DNA of 64,000 nucleotides from a virus (Duplodnaviria; Caudoviricetes): IMG/VR virus record IMGVR_UViG_3300020049_006510, positions 6,049 to 70,048 of that record; one strand, 5' to 3'. Shown piece by piece: positions 9,585 to 17,059 of this stretch (position 1 is its first letter; each line of letters starts with the position of its first letter). The notes under the pieces were generated by a model. It saw only the letters and a program-made list of their open reading frames with translations, ran no database searches and was not told where the DNA came from. The position numbers and the translations under genes were made by a program.

Positions 9585-9953
9585 TTAAATGAATAATTTA
9601 ATTCCTAATAAAATAACAAGAGCATGTAAAAATTGGTCTAAACCAAATATTACCCAATGAATTTTATTAACAGGTGATTGAGCAGGTGGATACCATTTAT
9701 TAATTTTGCCTTTTAATACGTCTATTAAAAAATGTGTTATTTTTTCAAATAAGTAAAATAAAAAGGCATTCCAAGGGTTTATACCAAAGAATATAAGTAC
9801 AAACCACATTAAAACTCCATGTAAAGTAGCATGCATCCATATTGGATATAATGGTGTTCCAAATCTTTTAGCAGATAACATTGTATCATCTACAAATACA
9901 TAGTCAGCTAGAAAATGGCAAAAGAAAAGTGATATTAAAATGTATATTGTCAT
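9585..9953 (-). CDS. DUF3307-like membrane protein
   Basis: HFLADY, H-x3-HG, HFLID and GLDQFLH motifs. Confidence 0.75.
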   Translation of the reverse strand: MTIYILISLFFCHFLADYVFVDDTMLSAKRFGTPLYPIWMHATLHGVLMWFVLIFFGINPWNAFLFYLFEKITHFLIDVLKGKINKWYPPAQSPVNKIHWVIFGLDQFLHALVILLGIKLFI

Positions 9954-10291
9954 TTGTTAGCTTCTAAAATATTTCTATAATCGAATACTATTCCTTTACC
10001 GAATCCTTGTACTTTAAATGTATAAGTGCTGTCCTTTTGTAAATGCCAAAAGATATCAGAATTATTCCATTTTCCCTGTAATAAAGAACTTTCGCATACA
10101 AAGGTTTCTTTTTCAGTAATAACTAAATATCTAATTTCTGTAGACATATTATTACCAGAACCTTTGATAAGCTGTTGTGATTGTAAATTAATTACTTTAG
10201 CAGTAATTGTTTCTGTTTTAGTTGAATTTGCTATATTCAAACCTACTATTAATAAAGCGATACCTAACGCTATGATGAAAAATTTTCTCAT
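9950..10291 (-). CDS. membrane-anchored/exported hypothetical protein
   Basis: N-terminal hydrophobic segment followed by a beta-rich domain. Confidence 0.65.
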   Translation of the reverse strand: MRKFFIIALGIALLIVGLNIANSTKTETITAKVINLQSQQLIKGSGNNMSTEIRYLVITEKETFVCESSLLQGKWNNSDIFWHLQKDSTYTFKVQGFGKGIVFDYRNILEANK

Positions 10292-10560
10292 GACTTTTTA
10301 TTTTCTAAATTATTGATTATTTCTTTTAAAATTTTAATTCTTTTTCTATAACCATAAATACCGTGCCACCAATAACCATCTACAAATTTTGGCTTATAGT
10401 TCATAATTTCTTTAAAATCACAAATATACATAAAAGGTGGCATAGAATAGCAAAATCCTGTGATATCACATTCTCTTTTTTCTGCGCCTTTATTATCTTT
10501 TTTGTAATTCTTTAATAATTCTTTGTAAAAATTAATTTTTTGTTCCCTTGTCCTTATCAT
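10288..10560 (-). CDS. hypothetical protein
   Basis: 90-aa ORF with ATGA overlap. Confidence 0.55.
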   Translation of the reverse strand: MIRTREQKINFYKELLKNYKKDNKGAEKRECDITGFCYSMPPFMYICDFKEIMNYKPKFVDGYWWHGIYGYRKRIKILKEIINNLENKKS

Positions 10561-10858
10561 TTTTTAATTTTATACGTTTAATACATTCCTCTACGATTTC
10601 TATACGTCTAGCATCGTTATCTATAACATCTTTAAATTCTCTATGATATTTTTTAAATTCAGGAATCATTTTATAGATGTTTTCAATAGGTGCAAAAGTG
10701 CTATGTAGATTAAGATTGAAATCCAATATTAGGCAAATATAACTATCGCCAGTATAAGAAAATCTTCTTACTATTTTACCTTGTATTACTTTAAGTATAT
10801 ACTCTAGTATTTTTAATCGTTCTTCTTTAGAATAAGATTCTTTCTTTTCAATTTTCAT
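10532..10858 (-). CDS. hypothetical protein
   Basis: 108-aa ORF with the recurrent TTTAAAACTAAACACA leader. Confidence 0.6.
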   Translation of the reverse strand: MKIEKKESYSKEERLKILEYILKVIQGKIVRRFSYTGDSYICLILDFNLNLHSTFAPIENIYKMIPEFKKYHREFKDVIDNDARRIEIVEECIKRIKLKNDKDKGTKN

Positions 10859-10878
10859 TGTGTTTAGTTTTAAATTTG

Positions 10879-11015
10879 TGGGGTAAAGAGGATTCGAACC
10901 AAAAGATTTTTATATAATACCTACTATAGATACTTATTATACTATTCTTCATTAACCTTAGCTATATAGCACATACCTTACTGGCATGCCGTATTCCCAT
11001 ATACGCAGTCACCCC
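10879..11015 (-). tRNA. tRNA-like element (Tyr-like, GTA loop) interrupted by a ~57-nt insertion in the T arm; probable pseudo-tRNA
   Basis: Acceptor GGGGTGA/TTACCCC plus A; D hairpin CGTAT/ATACG; stem CATGC/GTATG with loop CAGTAAG; variable hairpin GCT-ATAT-AGC; GGTTCGAATCC T loop separated from the body by an AT-rich insert. Confidence 0.45.
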
Positions 11016-11188
11016 AAATAAAATAAGGCTAAGTTGTTACACCTAACCTATAATGTGAACTTTGGCCATAAGTGTTACACGCTAGCTACCTTGTTCTTTA
11101 TCTGGAAAATCTTTATCTTCTTGTTCTCTTTTAATTAATGTAGCAGTTATACCTAATACAACTATTAATACTAAAAATGGAAATAGAT

Positions 11189-11389
11189 TCATTTGTGAGT
11201 TATTAAGTTATCATTATTTTTCTTCCAAATTTTATATCCTTTTTTATTGTCGAAAATACAAGGTTGCTCGTATTCAAGCCAATTAGGAAAAGAAGTAGCT
11301 TTTGAAGAAATATCCCATAAAAATTCTATTAAAGGCGTTATTTTATCATTGTGAAATGATTTACCAGTCATATGTAATGTATATCTCAT
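11189..11389 (-). CDS. hypothetical protein
   Basis: 66-aa ORF with ATGA overlap. Confidence 0.5.
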   Translation of the reverse strand: MRYTLHMTGKSFHNDKITPLIEFLWDISSKATSFPNWLEYEQPCIFDNKKGYKIWKKNNDNLITHK

Positions 11390-11595
11390 GTTTTACTTTG
11401 TTTGCAATTAAGACAAATATGTTTATTTTCATTTATTAGCCAACCATGCCATTTTGCTACGGTCTTAATATTATCAATAGTATCTTCACTGATATTATGA
11501 CCTCTATAAGAAGTCAAAGGAGAGTTTTCAGCATGTACTAAAAAATCATTACAATTATCACATTTTATAGTGTATTCCTTTACTTCATTTATCAT
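11386..11595 (-). CDS. small zinc-finger protein (paralog of 6997-7194)
   Basis: IKCDNC ... SYRGH ... GW ... KHICLNC. Confidence 0.65.
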   Translation of the reverse strand: MINEVKEYTIKCDNCNDFLVHAENSPLTSYRGHNISEDTIDNIKTVAKWHGWLINENKHICLNCKQSKT

Positions 11596-11705
11596 ATCTT
11601 TTGTTTAGTTAAATAACGGACTTACATATATCCGTCTGCGGTTTAAAGAACCTGAAAATTACTTCAGCCTAAGCTATATCGTATTGAAATCAGAGTACCG
11701 TAATT

Positions 11706-12108
11706 TGGGGCACATACGAGAATCGAACTCGTGTTTTCCCTTAAATAATAATATATCTTTCTACAAGTTTAGTGTTTATTTTTCTTCTAACACAGAGTAA
11801 AATATTTCAATTGATGTGAAATAAATAAAGCATCATTTATGGATATTATAGTGGTTCCAATTCTTCCCACTTCCTGTCTTTTTAGGCTACCATTGCCAAT
11901 TCTGCTTCAGGAGCAGACGCAAACAAGTTCACGATTTTTGCTGAGTTGGTACGTTTTACAACAGCAAGAACATCATCAGCAGTTCCTACTTCGTTGGTTA
12001 TTACACATTTGTCAGTTAAGACTTTGATAACATAGATTAAAGTGATAGTATACCATCTCACTACTTGCTTAATACATCAAATTTAAGAGAGCATGCCAGG
12101 ATGTGCCC
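11706..12108 (-). ncRNA. ssrA: tmRNA-like RNA (atypical)
   Basis: Terminal stem GGGCACAT/ATGTGCCC; stemless D-like loop CCTGGCATGC; long-range helix TCTCTTAAAT (12090-12081)/ATTTAAGGGA (11746-11737); T arm ACGAG-TTCGATT-CTCGT; internal ATG-less frame ending AELAMVA*; ~400 nt. Confidence 0.65.
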
Positions 12109-12134
12109 ATGTAAAGACCTTGACGTAATCAATT

Positions 12135-12330
12135 TGAATAAATTAGTTGCCTAATTTATAACGCCGATTATATTCATCTCGGATTAGTAAAGCGCGACTT
12201 TACAAGTATTTAGGCTTTGTTTTATCAGGCTCACTCACTTTCGTAATTTTACTGGATGGATCTCTGTGCCATCATTTGCCAGACAGGAATAAACTTAGAC
12301 GACATTCCTCTTAATTGTCGTTACCTTAGT
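12135..12330 (-). ncRNA. structured RNA with RNase P RNA-like conserved-region motifs (tentative)
   Basis: GAGGAATGTC, GGCACAGAGA, CGAAAG, CAAAGCCTAAATA, GAGATGAAT and CGGCGTTA occur in RNase P order; AATGTCG/CGGCGTT can form a P4-like helix; 9-bp GCAA hairpin; P1/P2/P15 not convincingly found. Confidence 0.3.
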
Positions 12331-12334
12331 AGTA

Positions 12335-12851
12335 TTATGGTCTAAAATAACCGTTGTTTTTAATGATGTTATTTAGAATCTTTTTCATTCCTTCTTCTGT
12401 ACCTAGATTTTCAGCAAATTTACTACATTTTTTTACCTAATGGTGTGTTTTTTGCTCTACCAGACATTCTTTCTTCTAATTCACCAGTAGAATCTTGAAT
12501 TAATTGTCCTTCAAAAGCAGTTTCAATCATATCTAATTGCAACACGCTGAAATAATCTTTTGATTTACTTTTTTGGAATCTTTCATCACTCCAATTATCA
12601 GTCATATTAACTTGATTTACTTGTCTAACACAACTGATAAATAATGCGCCTTTAGCACAACATTGACAAGAAAATCCTTTACTATCAATTTTCTTTTGCA
12701 ACGAATCTTCATTTTTAAAACCACTAAGAATGCTGAGATAATGCCCATTAGTAGCAATTATCTTTTTAGTTTTTATTTGTACTAATGCATCTTTAGCAAT
12801 AGCAATTCTTTTTTCAGACTTACTTAAGGCATTAAATTCACTTATTTTCAT
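12335..12851 (-). pseudogene. hypothetical gene with +1 frameshift in an A7 run (171 aa if corrected)
   Basis: ORF stops at 12423; removing one A at 12428-12434 extends it with KCSKFAENLGTEEGMKKILNNIIKNNGYFRP*. Confidence 0.5.
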
Positions 12852-13062
12852 GTTTAGTCTTTTTAAATATTTTTATGAAACAACTAACGCTCCCGTATAC
12901 TGCGCCGAATCCTCATAGAACTCTTAATCTCGTAGTTGTTAAATTAGCATGGTATGAGTCTTGCTATGACTTAAACAGAACGGCTTAAACAAATCAAATC
13001 ATAAAAACCATTGCCGTTCTCCCTTTTTGAAGTAAGGGTAACTTTCTCTCGATCGGAGTATT

Positions 13063-13428
13063 TTAAATGTGGACATCAAAATCTTTGTAACCTATAACAG
13101 TTCTAGGACAGCTGTTAGTAAACCTATTTCTAAGTTTATCTTCCTCTGTAATAACTAATTCATTGCAAATGCCTTGTTTACATTCAACTATAAAAGTGCA
13201 TTTATACACCTTATAGCATTCAAGTCTAATAATTTGATCCATGCCACCATGTATTGTAATAGTCTTTAAATTACCATTACAACCATAAGTTACAGTTTTT
13301 TCTAATGAATCAGTACAATTTATTTTAAAATGTACGTCTGCTTCCTGATTAGGAAAATGTTGTACTTCTACTTTTTTACAAGCGAAAATTGTTAAGCTTA
13401 ATAAAGCTAAAATAATAAATTTTTTCAT
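13063..13428 (-). CDS. putative lipoprotein
   Basis: MKKFIILALLSLTIFA|CKK lipobox-like signal. Confidence 0.7.
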   Translation of the reverse strand: MKKFIILALLSLTIFACKKVEVQHFPNQEADVHFKINCTDSLEKTVTYGCNGNLKTITIHGGMDQIIRLECYKVYKCTFIVECKQGICNELVITEEDKLRNRFTNSCPRTVIGYKDFDVHI

Positions 13429-13452
13429 GTTTCTTTGTGTTTGTTTAGTTGT

Positions 13453-13486
13453 AAAATAACCCTGACTATATTTCTATAATCAGGGT
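13453..13486 (-). terminator. intrinsic terminator
   Basis: ACCCTGATTATA-GAAA-TATAGTCAGGGT followed by TATTTT. Confidence 0.7.
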
Positions 13487-13493
13487 TTGATCT

Positions 13494-13634
13494 TTAAATT
13501 AATTCCCAAGAAGTATGCTTACCGCCTGAAATAGCACGAGCTAATTCTGCATAAGTACCATCGAATTTATCAGATGGTTTAACAATTTGAAAAGCAGTCT
13601 TTTCGATGTTGTAATAAATTTTCAGTGCTTTCAT
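13494..13634 (-). CDS. small hypothetical protein (46 aa, MKALKIYYNIEK...)
   Basis: Hand-translated; fills the gap between 13636 ORF and the terminator. Confidence 0.5.
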   Translation of the reverse strand: MKALKIYYNIEKTAFQIVKPSDKFDGTYAELARAISGGKHTSWELI

Positions 13635-13635
13635 A

Positions 13636-13824
13636 TTATTTACGAGCTTTTAAACGTTTGTTTTTAATTCTTCTTGAACGACTAGGTGAAAACATTGGTG
13701 AATTATAACGCATTGGTTGATAAGCCATTTTGTTTAACATTCCTGCTTGTTCAGCATTAATTTTGTCAGTACTTAGCATTTGTGCTACACTAGCTAATGC
13801 TAAAATTGTCATTTGTCTTCTCAT
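13636..13824 (-). CDS. small basic hypothetical protein
   Basis: 62 aa, Arg/Lys-rich C-terminus, recurrent leader motif. Confidence 0.55.
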   Translation of the reverse strand: MRRQMTILALASVAQMLSTDKINAEQAGMLNKMAYQPMRYNSPMFSPSRSRRIKNKRLKARK

Positions 13825-13834
13825 GTTTTTAGTT

Positions 13835-14158
13835 TTAATCGATTAATTGAATTGATACTCTTTTGTTTGCTTTGCCACTTTCTACTGTTTGCATAGTAGT
13901 TCTACCTGCGTTAACAAGTAAATCGAACTTCTTACGAGATAAAAAAGTACGAGATTTAACAGTCTCATGGTCTTTTTTAAACGTTGTATGAATAAAGAAT
14001 CCAAGTGTCTTAGCATCTTCTGTATAACCTTCAACAACTTCTTGTTTGTTATCGATGATAGCTACTTGATTTTCTCTAACTTGCTGTACACCTACTACTA
14101 GATGCTTCTCTTGTGTTTTGCCTTCTGAAAAGACAAGAGATTTGTTTTTTATGTTCAT
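13835..14158 (-). CDS. hypothetical protein
   Basis: 107-aa ORF. Confidence 0.6.
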   Translation of the reverse strand: MNIKNKSLVFSEGKTQEKHLVVGVQQVRENQVAIIDNKQEVVEGYTEDAKTLGFFIHTTFKKDHETVKSRTFLSRKKFDLLVNAGRTTMQTVESGKANKRVSIQLID

Positions 14159-14270
14159 GGTTGTTGTGTTGTTGCTTGTGGCATTTGTAATAAAATATCT
14201 TCAGCTTGACGTGGTGGAAAAGTACCTAGTAGTTCTCCATTGTGATAAATGTTTAGCATGTTGTTTAGTT

Positions 14271-14438
14271 TTAATTATTAATGATTGCTTTGATATACTT
14301 GCCGCATCCTGGGACAAGATATTTGATGAAGTATTTGTCTCCTTCAATACGACCTGCGCATGAACCAGCTAATGGCCCAAACATGATTTTGTTGTATTGC
14401 TCTTGAGTTACTTCTCTTTTTTGATTGTATTTTAACAT
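14271..14438 (-). CDS. small hypothetical protein (55 aa, MLKYNQKRE...)
   Basis: Start moved to 14438 because the longer ORF overlaps a tRNA gene. Confidence 0.5.
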   Translation of the reverse strand: MLKYNQKREVTQEQYNKIMFGPLAGSCAGRIEGDKYFIKYLVPGCGKYIKAIINN

Positions 14439-14454
14439 TTGATTGATTTTATTG

Positions 14455-14528
14455 TGCCGCAGAGTGGACTCGAACCACTGACCTACCAACATCAAGTCGG
14501 GTGCTCTAACCAACTGAGCTACTTTGGC
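14455..14528 (-). tRNA. aberrant class I tRNA with TGA at the anticodon position (likely pseudo-tRNA)
   Basis: Normal D arm GCTC/GAGC and T arm AGTGG-TTCGAGT-CCACT; acceptor GCCAAAG/CTGCGGC has 2 mismatches; loop CTTGATG. Confidence 0.6.
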
Positions 14529-14666
14529 ATTGAAGGCCTTTACGATTTAAAAGACATAGACCGTAGATAAAAAACACTTTAAACGTCGTACCTTCTAGTT
14601 ATTCTACTATTTTATTTCTGTTGCTAAGTTGTTATGTTACAACTCCATCATGGATTTAACCAATTG

Positions 14667-14740
14667 TGGGCCTCTCTGGAATCGAACCAGACACCTACTG
14701 ATTATGAGTCAGTTGCTCTAACCGAATGAGCTAGAAGCCC
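14667..14740 (-). tRNA. tRNA with CAT anticodon (Ile2 or elongator Met)
   Basis: Complete cloverleaf: GGGCTTC/GAGGCCC, GCTC/GAGC, ACTGA-CTCATAA-TCAGT, TCTGG-TTCGATT-CCAGA; CCA not encoded. Confidence 0.92.
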
Positions 14741-14843
14741 GTGTACTCATTCCAAAGCCTAACAGCCTGTTAAGGTGGTTTGCTTAGTAAAACCCGGATG
14801 TCTACTCTACGTGTGGAATGAATGTATCTTAGTTTCAGCATTT

Positions 14844-14874
14844 AAAATAAAGGGCTGACATTTCTGCCAACCCT
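14844..14874 (-). terminator. intrinsic terminator
   Basis: AGGGTTGGCA-GAAA-TGTCAGCCCT followed by TTATTTT. Confidence 0.7.
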
Positions 14875-14899
14875 CTACCAACTAAACACATGAAACAAA

Positions 14900-15259
14900 C
14901 TATCTTTGATCGTAATCGTAATCACGCTTTTTAACCTTGTATTTTTTAGCTGCAGGCCCAAATCTTCTTGGAGCTATATTCTCTTCAGCGCCACCGTATA
15001 CAAAGCCCTTTTTCATATAAAATTTAGCTTGCATACCAGGGAAAACTGTTACAGAACCTATTTCTTCCCAATAACGATCGCCTACTCTAAACTTATAGAC
15101 AATAATGACTACAGGCTCTTTGTATGGATTTTTAATCTTTACTTCTTGAGTAAGAGAATCTGTTGGAATTGTTGAGATAGTCTTTGGAGTATGACTAAAT
15201 GATTGTGCATTTACTGCAAATGATACTACACATAGTAGTAAAATAATAATTTTTTTCAT
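14900..15259 (-). CDS. exported hypothetical protein
   Basis: Signal peptide MKKIIILLLCVVSFAVNA|Q. Confidence 0.7.
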   Translation of the reverse strand: MKKIIILLLCVVSFAVNAQSFSHTPKTISTIPTDSLTQEVKIKNPYKEPVVIIVYKFRVGDRYWEEIGSVTVFPGMQAKFYMKKGFVYGGAEENIAPRRFGPAAKKYKVKKRDYDYDQR

Positions 15260-15602
15260 GTTTTAGTTTTAAATATGTGTATAACCCCGATCCCCTCAAC
15301 ATCTCTAATCTTTTTATCTCTGATTTAAGAAATTCTATTCTTAGGATTAGATTTTTATAATTTCCTACTACTCTAGGAAATAAATAACCTTCGTCAAAAC
15401 CTCTTTTTATAAATAAATGCCTATAATAATTGCCAAAAATTTCCCTAATTTTATAATGTATTCCTAAATAATGCATTTTTCGACAAATACCAGAATTTAA
15501 TCCATGATAATTTAAATAATATTCGTTATATTTTTTATCATGAGCCTTTTGATATGCCTTAAGCAATCTTATAAGCATATTTATGAATGTTTGAATTTCC
15601 AT
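15195..15602 (-). CDS. hypothetical protein
   Basis: 135-aa ORF; 3' end overlaps the next gene by ~65 nt, so the end is uncertain. Confidence 0.5.
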   Translation of the reverse strand: MEIQTFINMLIRLLKAYQKAHDKKYNEYYLNYHGLNSGICRKMHYLGIHYKIREIFGNYYRHLFIKRGFDEGYLFPRVVGNYKNLILRIEFLKSEIKRLEMLRGSGLYTYLKLKHEKNYYFTTMCSIICSKCTII

Positions 15603-15608
15603 TTTTGT

Positions 15609-15773
15609 TTAGTTTTTAATTTGATTAATTAATAATAGCAGAACTATACCTGATATACTTCCACAAATAACAATCCAACCCACAAGATCTTCATGTACAT
15701 CTAAATGGTTTAATATCAGAGCTATTGCAAATAATACACAGACTATTATAGTTAATATGGTTATTAAGTTCAT
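15609..15773 (-). CDS. small two-TM membrane protein
   Basis: Start at MNLITIL (15773) immediately follows the stop of an upstream 39-aa ORF. Confidence 0.5.
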   Translation of the reverse strand: MNLITILTIIVCVLFAIALILNHLDVHEDLVGWIVICGSISGIVLLLLINQIKN

Positions 15774-15774
15774 T

Positions 15775-15894
15775 TTATTTATGAGGTTTACAAGTGTCAC
15801 AATACCCTGATTCTCTACCATAGTTACCATCAAGGATGATATTACATCTTGAACAATGAAACATATCCTTTAAAGTTTTGATTAATTTTTTCAT
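15775..15894 (-). CDS. 39-aa CxxC/CxxC peptide (MKKLIKTLKDMFHCSRC...CDTCKPHK)
   Basis: Hand-translated; two CxxC motifs; abuts the downstream gene. Confidence 0.45.
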   Translation of the reverse strand: MKKLIKTLKDMFHCSRCNIILDGNYGRESGYCDTCKPHK

Positions 15895-16128
15895 TTTAAA
15901 TGAGTGTTTAGTTTATAAAAAGGAAAAGCCTTTACTTCGTAAAAGGAGAGATTACTTACTTCGCGTTGCTATAGTGAGTTTTGAAGAAGGAAAAATTTTG
16001 AAGAGGAATATTGAATGTATTAAGAGTATATACCCTGGTGTAAACTTTCGGTCCGAACCTATTTTTTTTCAGAATTTCTCATACAATAAATCAAATAAAT
16101 TACTCCAAGAACCATTAATACTGGTATA

Positions 16129-16314
16129 TTATTTTCCATTATTACCTCCTCTAGCCCATTTATCTAGGACTTCTGTTACTAAAGTAAATACTACTACACC
16201 TACTGTCCAATAGTAGATAATAAAAGCTAGTTCTATACTGATTATCGGTAAGAGAACTGTATTAGCGATTAATACTATAATAGCTAATATGTATACAAAA
16301 TTAAAGATTTTCAT
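16129..16314 (-). CDS. small membrane protein
   Basis: 61 aa with two hydrophobic segments. Confidence 0.55.
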   Translation of the reverse strand: MKIFNFVYILAIIVLIANTVLLPIISIELAFIIYYWTVGVVVFTLVTEVLDKWARGGNNGK

Positions 16315-16425
16315 GGTTGAAGTTTTAGTGAGTTGGTTAAATATTTCTTTATACTTGTAACTTGCTGAAAACCAGCACTCGAAAGTTCAATATTTTGACT
16401 TTTGGGGTCAGTTATTTGCCTAAAG

Positions 16426-16460
16426 TTACCTTGAAAAGTCGATTAATTGCCCTATATTAG
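16426..16460 (+). promoter_or_regulatory. putative phage promoter TTAC-N23-TATATTAG
   Basis: Same bipartite spacing recurs upstream of several plus-strand units. Confidence 0.45.
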
Positions 16461-16463
16461 AGT

Positions 16464-16994
16464 ATGAATAATAAAAAATTTAATAGGAAAGATAATTTTG
16501 ACGGGTCTATTACTTATAGCCCCACTTCAGGAGTTAATTTTTATAACCCATTTTGTTTAATGAAGAAAGATTTTAAATTTTCTAATAGTGATGATGTTAC
16601 AGAAAGTTTTAGATCTGTATTAACTACTATAGAAGTATTTAAAAATATAAGACAAGATAATAGAATTAATACTTCTGAAGTAATGAAAATAGGATTTCAA
16701 TTCGGAATGAAAGAAACAGCTGTGAAAAATTTAATTAATAATATGTGTAAGCATTCTATATTAATAAAAATATCACAAGGTGTTTATAAATTAAATGAAA
16801 GCTTACTTATATTTAAACAAGATCATGCTGGTTATTTAGCTCTTCAAAGAGAAACACAAGCAATAACTAATAACACTCAGAATATTACTAATAATATAAA
16901 TATTATGAATCCCTCGGAGACGCTTCTCGCTAAATTATTAGCTAAAGGAGCTACAATAAATACTCAAAATGCTTCTGATATAGAAGACTTATAA
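16464..16994 (+). CDS. winged-helix protein resembling RepL-family replication proteins
   Basis: HTH-like segment followed by ILIKISQGVYKLNESLLIFK wing motif; lone plus-strand gene in the minus-strand region. Confidence 0.5.
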   Translation: MNNKKFNRKDNFDGSITYSPTSGVNFYNPFCLMKKDFKFSNSDDVTESFRSVLTTIEVFKNIRQDNRINTSEVMKIGFQFGMKETAVKNLINNMCKHSILIKISQGVYKLNESLLIFKQDHAGYLALQRETQAITNNTQNITNNINIMNPSETLLAKLLAKGATINTQNASDIEDL

Positions 16995-17059
16995 AGGCAA
17001 ACAAACTCTCCATTCGAGAACAACACCTTATAAGATTTGCGTTAGTTTTTTGGACCTAG

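Noticed and set aside
11839-12027. 62-aa plus-strand ORF
   Set aside because: It is antisense to the tag frame of the tmRNA-like RNA; the RNA architecture explains the region better.
12215-12245. Hammerhead ribozyme or group II intron domain V (GAAA ... CTGATAA; GAGCCTGAT)
   Set aside because: The core would need CUGANGA and properly placed stems, and the domain V helix cannot be formed.
14439-14513. Upstream extension of ORF 14271-14513
   Set aside because: It overlaps the tRNA-like gene; the true start is probably 14438.
16062-16069. Possible fourth homopolymer frameshift (A8) in a small membrane-peptide ORF starting near 16140
   Set aside because: Both readings give short, motif-less products, so this cannot be supported without homologs.
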